DNA from: Spirochaetia bacterium
GTDB lineage: Bacteria; Spirochaetota; Spirochaetia; UBA9216
Length of the DNA stretch: 64,000 nt
Reading direction: 5' to 3'
NCBI GenBank assembly: GCA_963675665.1
Contig: OY776510.1
Span: forward strand, 339,467 to 403,466
The position numbers and the translations under genes were made by a program. Below the pieces are notes generated by a model. That model saw only the letters and a list, made by a program, of their open reading frames with translations. It had not been told where the DNA came from and made no database searches. Of this stretch, positions 58,634 through 64,000 are shown piece by piece (positions within the stretch are counted from its first letter, which is position 1; every line of letters begins with the position of its first letter).

Positions 58634-59273
58634 TATTGTCCTCCATTGTTCTGAAAATCATTTCCATCAGTTCTGTCCTGAAAATCATTTCCATCAGTTC
58701 CCCTACCGATTTTTTTATTCTGGACCACCCTTCTTCCGTTTCAAGACTGACTCCGTTGTACACCGGAGCATAATCCGCCTGTAAAGCCAGATAATATATT
58801 CCGGAGGTAATTACAGCTATGGTTGCGTGAATATCTATTTCGGTAGAAGTTCCTTCGGCAAGAGCATTCGTCAGCATCAACCCCTGCTCTTCCGCTTTTT
58901 CCATTATCTTTTTACAGATCTTGTTTCCGGAAGATATCTGCCATCTCAATAATTCTCTCATAACAGCAGAACTTCGGATTTCGTCAATCTGATCAGTTAA
59001 AACCGAAATCGCCGTTTCCCTTTTTTGTTGCAGACTCATACGGTTCTTCAGTAATTCATCCATACCGCCTACCTTCTTAATCCAGTAGTTGTTATCTTCA
59101 GCCCAGCGCTGTATCAGGCCGTCAAAATCTCCGAAATAGCGGTAGATAAGCATCTTTGAGCATCCGGCTTTCTCAGCCACCCTGTTCACCCCTATCCCGG
59201 AAATTCCCGATTCAACCATCACGGAAGTAACGGCGTCAATCAGTCTTTGTTCAGTCTCGGTTCTGTTTTTCAT
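58623..59273 (-). CDS. TetR/AcrR family transcriptional regulator
   Basis: N-terminal TetR HTH (GISGIGVNRVAEKAGCSKMLIYRYF). C-terminus carries an in-frame 27-bp tandem duplication. Confidence 0.8.
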   Translation of the reverse strand: MKNRTETEQRLIDAVTSVMVESGISGIGVNRVAEKAGCSKMLIYRYFGDFDGLIQRWAEDNNYWIKKVGGMDELLKNRMSLQQKRETAISVLTDQIDEIRSSAVMRELLRWQISSGNKICKKIMEKAEEQGLMLTNALAEGTSTEIDIHATIAVITSGIYYLALQADYAPVYNGVSLETEEGWSRIKKSVGELMEMIFRTELMEMIFRTMEDNNEK

Positions 59274-59373
59274 GGATCTCCTCCGGTAACAGGCTCATGT
59301 TACCATTCGGTAACATTAATGTCAACTGAAAAGCGAATAATGATGGAAAAGATTTAGAGTTAACAGGATTTAT

Positions 59374-60522
59374 TCAGCTGAACAGCTCAAGCTGTTCAAA
59401 ATTTACGGGCCGGCGGTTGTCTTCAAGCGTCCGTGTAATATATTCGATATCAAGATGCAGCTCTTCTGAAAGACGTTTCAGCTGGTCCTCGGCCAGCAGA
59501 TTTTCTTCGGCAAACAGGTAGATCAGAGCCTTCTCGGCTATACACGGAACATTAAGCGAATTCATACAGATAGGCTGGGCAGGTTCCGTATCAATGAAAG
59601 CCTCTTTCAAAACCTGATACAGCCGGGAACGCTCCATTTCATTCTTAATTGAAAACAGCTCCTGCTTCAGCGGATCAATATCACCCCGCGAGGCTGCCTG
59701 CCCAAGGGGTTTTAGCACAAGAAAGGTATAATCCTTGCCCGGCAGGTAATGGTGTTCATCACAACGCGTACAGTAATTCGGCTCAAGCGGGTTTTCCTTT
59801 ACCGAATCACCGCCTATTACGATAAGCGGATCGAAATAAAGCGCCGGACATTCTTTTCCGTCAACAAGATAATAGCGGTATGTATAAAATGAATCTGCAA
59901 TGCAGTCGTCATGTTCACAGTAGGCCGTCAGGGTAAAAACATCGGTTGAAACGCCGAGCAGAAACCTGGCTGCAGCATTGAAAATATCACGTCTGAAGTT
60001 CAAAATAAGAGTGGGAAAGATGAAATTCATACCGTACTGCTCGGAATAGCGGTTTACGACGTAGGCTATACGTTCGTCGTAGAAAGATGCTTCATCTATT
60101 ATCCAGGTGCCTGTTTCGAGATGCTTTTCAATAAGCGCCTCAAGTTCAAAAGAGTCCCGGATTGCCGCGATGCTGCCTCCGCAGCGCTCATAGCCCCCTC
60201 GGTATGCAAGAGCATCTTCCGGGTAATCGGGAAAACGTCCGGAATCAAGCGATGAACGGACAAAAAAGACACGGCGCCGGTCCGCTCCGGCAGTGGTCGT
60301 CAGTTCTGCTACTTCCTCGGATTTCATAAGCGCAACACGTGAATCACGCCAGACACGGGAGGAAAATTCCGTTTTCCCTGATCCCATCGGACCTATAACC
60401 AGAATCCGTCGGGATGGGCGTGTGAAATCATGGTGATTGTTCGAATTATGAACATTAACAACCGGAAAGCCTAGGCTCTTTAAAAAACGTTCGGTTTCCG
60501 GGTTCCGTTTCGATTCAACCAA
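59374..60522 (-). CDS. thymidine kinase (TK1) family P-loop protein with ~140-aa C-terminal extension
   Basis: GPMGSGKTE (TK1 GPMFSGKS), IIDEASFYDE (TK1 IDEAQFF) and Cys pairs CEHDDC / CTRCDEHH at TK1 zinc-ribbon positions. Length is 382 aa, against ~200 for typical Tdk. Confidence 0.5.
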   Translation of the reverse strand: MVESKRNPETERFLKSLGFPVVNVHNSNNHHDFTRPSRRILVIGPMGSGKTEFSSRVWRDSRVALMKSEEVAELTTTAGADRRRVFFVRSSLDSGRFPDYPEDALAYRGGYERCGGSIAAIRDSFELEALIEKHLETGTWIIDEASFYDERIAYVVNRYSEQYGMNFIFPTLILNFRRDIFNAAARFLLGVSTDVFTLTAYCEHDDCIADSFYTYRYYLVDGKECPALYFDPLIVIGGDSVKENPLEPNYCTRCDEHHYLPGKDYTFLVLKPLGQAASRGDIDPLKQELFSIKNEMERSRLYQVLKEAFIDTEPAQPICMNSLNVPCIAEKALIYLFAEENLLAEDQLKRLSEELHLDIEYITRTLEDNRRPVNFEQLELFS

Positions 60523-61393
60523 TTTCTACTCCGTTATACCCTTTCAAAAAATCTATCAGAACCCTGTCGCGATCGCCGGATTCCGCATAGTCATTTATAA
60601 ATTTATCATACCATATTCTAACATGTTTACGGACTTTATCTACTTCTTTAATTCCCTTGGCGTCATCAACAAACATCTCATCGATAAAACGATCAGCCCA
60701 TTCTTTCCGAAAGCTTTCAAAAAGAACTGAATTCATATAGTAGCCGGCGGGGATGCAGTTTACGCTGTGCTGCTTAACCAGAAGCACCGATTCAATAATC
60801 TCAAGGGCGTTTTTAAAAACCCAGCCGGTTTCAGCGGTGAAATCTGCCGGATTATCAGCGTGTTTTTCAATAAGCTCGCAGGCTATAAAAGCGGTATAGG
60901 CGCATACCATGACGTGAAGACTCGGAACACAGTGCAGATGCGGGTCAAAAGCATGGATGACAATAAAATGAAAATTAGCAGTTACTGGCGGCCGGCTTGT
61001 AGTCGACTGGCACCTTTTGTATACATCCCCGGCGGCGTTGTACATCAACGCCATATCATTAACAAAAGCAGCTACGTCTAAAACAGCCTTTCTTCCGAAC
61101 GTTTTAAGAAGCCACCCGGCGGTCTGCATCCAGAAAACGGTAAATGTATTATAAAGCCCCACCCATGAAGGATCAAAAGGAATATTCCGGTCCAGCTGAT
61201 GATCAACATTAACAACAGGCCTTGTTTTGGGAAAAAGAACCGTCTGTATCTGCAGAAAAAAGAATTTTGTAAAAATAGCGGCTAAAGTTTTGCCGAGCCC
61301 TGCCAGTATTCGGGGCATGAATAAAGCGGATATCCATAAAAAAACCGGAGTAGTTTTCAGTATTCCATTTTTATTCTGGTTTCTTTTTTTCAT
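60515..61393 (-). CDS. hypothetical protein (His/Cys-rich; co-operonic with the TK-like gene)
   Basis: 292 aa with no recognised family. Stop overlaps the TK-like start by 8 bp. Confidence 0.35.
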   Translation of the reverse strand: MKKRNQNKNGILKTTPVFLWISALFMPRILAGLGKTLAAIFTKFFFLQIQTVLFPKTRPVVNVDHQLDRNIPFDPSWVGLYNTFTVFWMQTAGWLLKTFGRKAVLDVAAFVNDMALMYNAAGDVYKRCQSTTSRPPVTANFHFIVIHAFDPHLHCVPSLHVMVCAYTAFIACELIEKHADNPADFTAETGWVFKNALEIIESVLLVKQHSVNCIPAGYYMNSVLFESFRKEWADRFIDEMFVDDAKGIKEVDKVRKHVRIWYDKFINDYAESGDRDRVLIDFLKGYNGVEIG

Positions 61394-61481
61394 TCCATCA
61401 GATTTATAGCCCGCAACCGGTAAAAAATCAAGGCTTTTTGATCCATTGACTATACGCCGGGCAATTGTTATTTTCTAATTC

Positions 61482-62423
61482 ATGATAGCAGAGAAACTTA
61501 CTGAACCCGTCTTCTGGGTGCTTGCAGCCACAGCCATTCTTAATATAATGCAAAGAAGACACCATAAACACTGTGTTAAGAAGAGAACCTCCACCCTTAT
61601 ATGGGCTGTAATGGTGTTCGCTTTTTATGTAATTGTAATAGTAGTCGCTTCGAACGAAAAGATATCGGACTATTTTCTCATCGCCGGTGTAGCCGGTGTG
61701 GGAATAGCGCTATATTTTCTTCGTGAAAAAGCATTGCCGTACAAGATCAAATGTACATCCTGCGGGGAAAGAATGAACTTCGACAGGATCCTGTACTACG
61801 ATTCGAATATGTGCGAGAAATGCGATCCTCCCGTTGAAGAGGAAGAACCGAAACCCGGTTTCCTTTCGAAATTCATGAAGCCGCCCGAAGCTCCCGAACC
61901 GGAACCGGAAGAACCGGTTGTCGTTCCCGATACCGTCGATGAGGTTGACTGGGACAGCTGGAAATTCACCGAACAGGCAGTGATTTGTTATATCAAGGAT
62001 CCTGGCAAAAACCAGGTTCTGCTAATCAACAAAAAAACCGGCCTGGGCGCGGGCAAGGTAAATGCCCCCGGCGGAAGAATTGAACCCGGTGAAATGCCTC
62101 TTGAAGCGGTTGTCCGTGAATGTCAGGAAGAAGTAGGCCTTACCCCGACAGATCCTGTTCATATCGGAGATCTCTATTTCATATTCAAAAACGGCCATTC
62201 GCTTCGCGGCTTTGTATATACCGCCGAGGCCTTCGAGGGAGAATTGATCGAAACGGATGAAGCCGAGCCGTTCTGGTGTGAGATGGACAGAATACCGTAC
62301 GATAAAATGTGGGCAGACGATGAATTGTGGCTTGAAAAAGCCCTCAGCGGAGTCAGCATCAGCGGACGTTTCATCTTTGATGAAGACGAAATGCTCAGCG
62401 ATGACGTTAAGATTGAAGAATAA
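61482..62423 (+). CDS. NUDIX hydrolase with N-terminal membrane anchor, zinc-ribbon and Pro/Glu-rich linker
   Basis: Two N-terminal TM helices; CTSCGERMN...CEKCD zinc ribbon; linker PPVEEEEPKPG...PEAPEPEPEEP. Nudix box GGRIEPGEMPLEAVVRECQEEVGL. Confidence 0.7.
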   Translation: MIAEKLTEPVFWVLAATAILNIMQRRHHKHCVKKRTSTLIWAVMVFAFYVIVIVVASNEKISDYFLIAGVAGVGIALYFLREKALPYKIKCTSCGERMNFDRILYYDSNMCEKCDPPVEEEEPKPGFLSKFMKPPEAPEPEPEEPVVVPDTVDEVDWDSWKFTEQAVICYIKDPGKNQVLLINKKTGLGAGKVNAPGGRIEPGEMPLEAVVRECQEEVGLTPTDPVHIGDLYFIFKNGHSLRGFVYTAEAFEGELIETDEAEPFWCEMDRIPYDKMWADDELWLEKALSGVSISGRFIFDEDEMLSDDVKIEE

Positions 62424-62446
62424 CATGCAACATTGCAGGAGAAGAA

Positions 62447-63619
62447 ATGTACTGTATTAAAACTCTGAATAAAATTTCCAAAAAAGGCCTGAATCTTTTT
62501 GATTACAGCAAGTATTCCGTTGACGGTACCGAAGATTTCACAGACGCAATAATTTTACGCAGCTTTAAAATGCACGATATGGAAATACCCGCAGGGTTGA
62601 AAACGGTTGCGCGTGCCGGGGCAGGCACCAATAATATTCCGGTATCTGATTATACCGAAAAAGGTATTGTAGTTTTCAATACCCCCGGGGCAAACGCCAA
62701 CAGCGTCAAGGAACTGGTTCTGATGAGCCTTTTCATATCTTCCCGCAAGATCATCCGCGGCGTTTCCTGGGCCAATGAGCTACTCGGCAAGGGCGAGGAA
62801 GTTCCAAAACTTATTGAAAAGGGCAAATCCAATTTCAGCGGCAGCGAAATCAAAGGGAAAACACTGGGGGTTATCGGACTTGGGGCGATAGGCGTAATGG
62901 TTGCAAATGATGCTATCGCTCTGGGAATGAACGTAATCGGGTATGATCCCTATATTTCAATTGACGCGGCCTGGGGACTTTCACGACAGGTGAAAAAATC
63001 CGAAAATCTGGAATCTCTTCTTTCCAAATGTGATTACCTTACAATGCACATGCCCCTGAACGATTCGACAATAGATTTTCTTAACGATGATACTCTTGCA
63101 ATGATGAAAAAGGGCGTTAAAATTCTTAACTTTTCGCGCGGAGGGCTGGTCGACAATAAAGCAATAAAACGGGCCATCGACAACGGGACTGTAGATCGTT
63201 ACGTTACTGACTTTCCCGAAGAAGAACTGCTCGGTATTGAAAATGTAATCCCGATTCCCCATCTTGGAGCATCTACACCTGAAGCCGAGGAAAACTGTGC
63301 CGTAATGGCTGTCAACCAGTTGATGGACTTTCTTGAAACCGGAAACATTAAAAATTCCGTGAATTTCCCTGACTGCCGGATGGATATGAACGGAGAAACC
63401 AGGATAACAATAGGGAACCGCAATGTACCCAACATGGTAGGCCAGATATCTTCGGTACTTGCCGATGCGGGCCTTAATATTGCCAATATGATTAATCGCA
63501 ATAAAGGTAATTATGCCTACAATATAATCGATATCGACGGGAAGGTTCAGGAGAACGTTATTAAAAAAATTGAAGATATCGACGGTGTTATTTTTACCAG
63601 AATAATAAACGGAAAATAG
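62447..63619 (+). CDS. serA: D-3-phosphoglycerate dehydrogenase (D-isomer-specific 2-hydroxyacid DH plus C-terminal ACT domain)
   Basis: 390 aa. NAD-binding GLGAIG and catalytic His/Glu region, with C-terminal ACT-like ~70 aa. Confidence 0.75.
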   Translation: MYCIKTLNKISKKGLNLFDYSKYSVDGTEDFTDAIILRSFKMHDMEIPAGLKTVARAGAGTNNIPVSDYTEKGIVVFNTPGANANSVKELVLMSLFISSRKIIRGVSWANELLGKGEEVPKLIEKGKSNFSGSEIKGKTLGVIGLGAIGVMVANDAIALGMNVIGYDPYISIDAAWGLSRQVKKSENLESLLSKCDYLTMHMPLNDSTIDFLNDDTLAMMKKGVKILNFSRGGLVDNKAIKRAIDNGTVDRYVTDFPEEELLGIENVIPIPHLGASTPEAEENCAVMAVNQLMDFLETGNIKNSVNFPDCRMDMNGETRITIGNRNVPNMVGQISSVLADAGLNIANMINRNKGNYAYNIIDIDGKVQENVIKKIEDIDGVIFTRIINGK

Positions 63620-63634
63620 ACAAGGGGAGGATAA

Positions 63635-64000
63635 ATGCTGAAAAGAAAAAATACAGCCGTCCTGTTGGTTGTTCTTTCATTTTTTATTATTTCCTGCGCC
63701 GCCGCTGATAAGGGAAAAACATCAGTTGCGACAGAAAAAACAACCAAAACAGAAAAGGAGGCGCAAATGGCGCTTAACGACGGTCTTTATGCTGAAATGA
63801 AAACAAGCAGAGGAACTATTTTGCTTGAACTGGAGTTTGAGAAAACCCCGATGACGGTAACAAACTTTGTGGGTCTGGCTGAAGGCACTATCAAAAACTC
63901 AAAGGGCGACGGGCCTTTTTACGACGGACTTAAATTTCACAGGGTTATAGACAACTTTATGATTCAGGGCGGATGCCCACTTGGAACAGGGACCGGCGAT
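63635..64000 (+). CDS. cyclophilin-type peptidyl-prolyl cis-trans isomerase lipoprotein (partial; runs off the window end)
   Basis: Signal peptide with lipobox (IISCAAA). Cyclophilin motifs [15 protein letters not shown] present; the 3' end is truncated by the window. Confidence 0.7.
   Translation, partial: MLKRKNTAVLLVVLSFFIISCAAADKGKTSVATEKTTKTEKEAQMALNDGLYAEMKTSRGTILLELEFEKTPMTVTNFVGLAEGTIKNSKGDGPFYDGLKFHRVIDNFMIQGGCPLGTGTGD

Noticed and set aside
58651-58704. Tandem 27-bp repeat considered as a CRISPR or minisatellite array
   Set aside because: Only two copies, in frame within the TetR coding sequence, with no spacer structure.
1-64000. tRNA, rRNA or CRISPR arrays
   Set aside because: No cloverleaf-like T-arm consensus (GTTCGAATC-type), rRNA-like conserved blocks or regularly spaced direct repeats were seen on manual reading. 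A covariance-model scan (tRNAscan/Infernal) would be needed to exclude small RNAs definitively.

Overview
This 64-kb window is a chromosomal accessory/catabolic region from an anaerobic, fermentative bacterium. The lineage cannot be fixed from sequence alone; gene content suggests something Spirochaete- or Firmicute-like. The window is packed with substrate-uptake and catabolic modules, each with its own regulator. There are four FCD-type GntR regulators, plus LacI, DeoR, ArsR, TetR and a YesMN-like two-component system. The centrepiece, at about 28.0-34.5 kb on the minus strand, is a tightly packed 12-gene bacterial microcompartment (BMC) operon. It reads DeoR regulator, then two BMC-H, two BMC-T (one PduT-like, one EutL/PduB-like permuted) and four BMC-P vertex paralogs, then a CoA-acylating aldehyde dehydrogenase with an N-terminal amphipathic encapsulation helix, then RpiB and a DeoC (deoxyribose-phosphate aldolase) carrying an extra N-terminal encapsulation-peptide-like helix. 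This matches the bioinformatically catalogued SPU (sugar-phosphate utilising) BMC class, which to my knowledge is uncharacterised experimentally. It predicts a shell-enclosed dR5P -> acetaldehyde + GAP -> acetyl-CoA metabolosome. The other deoxynucleoside catabolic genes are scattered through the window: thymidine phosphorylase at 56.5 kb, phosphopentomutase at 15.2 kb, and an elongated TK1-like protein at 59.4 kb. No PduL-type phosphotransacylase or alcohol dehydrogenase lies in the BMC operon; an Fe-ADH and pflBA sit 20 kb away. Upstream of the BMC operon is a galTKE Leloir operon with a divergent LacI-family regulator whose promoter overlaps a perfect 14-bp palindrome. Downstream is a GntR/MBL hydrolase/DctPQM TRAP/MOFRL glycerate kinase operon. 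Other content: a TAXI-TRAP/class-III aminotransferase/Ldh_2 dehydrogenase cluster interrupted by an intact IS4-family element with 16-bp terminal IRs and a 9-bp target duplication; an HMGL-like DRE-TIM enzyme; an 835-aa OmpA-family protein with FlgD-Ig-like repeats; a glutamine-synthetase-family protein; a flavin oxidoreductase pair; and an ArsR plus HMA-fused permease pair. There is also a YesM/YesN two-component system with a CUT2-type sugar ABC transporter interleaved with two paralogous internally duplicated proteins of unknown function, Fe-ADH, pflBA, a VapBC-like TA pair, a membrane/Zn-ribbon NUDIX hydrolase, SerA and a partial cyclophilin. A family of perfect palindromic hairpin repeats marks operon boundaries. 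No tRNA, rRNA or CRISPR was recognised.
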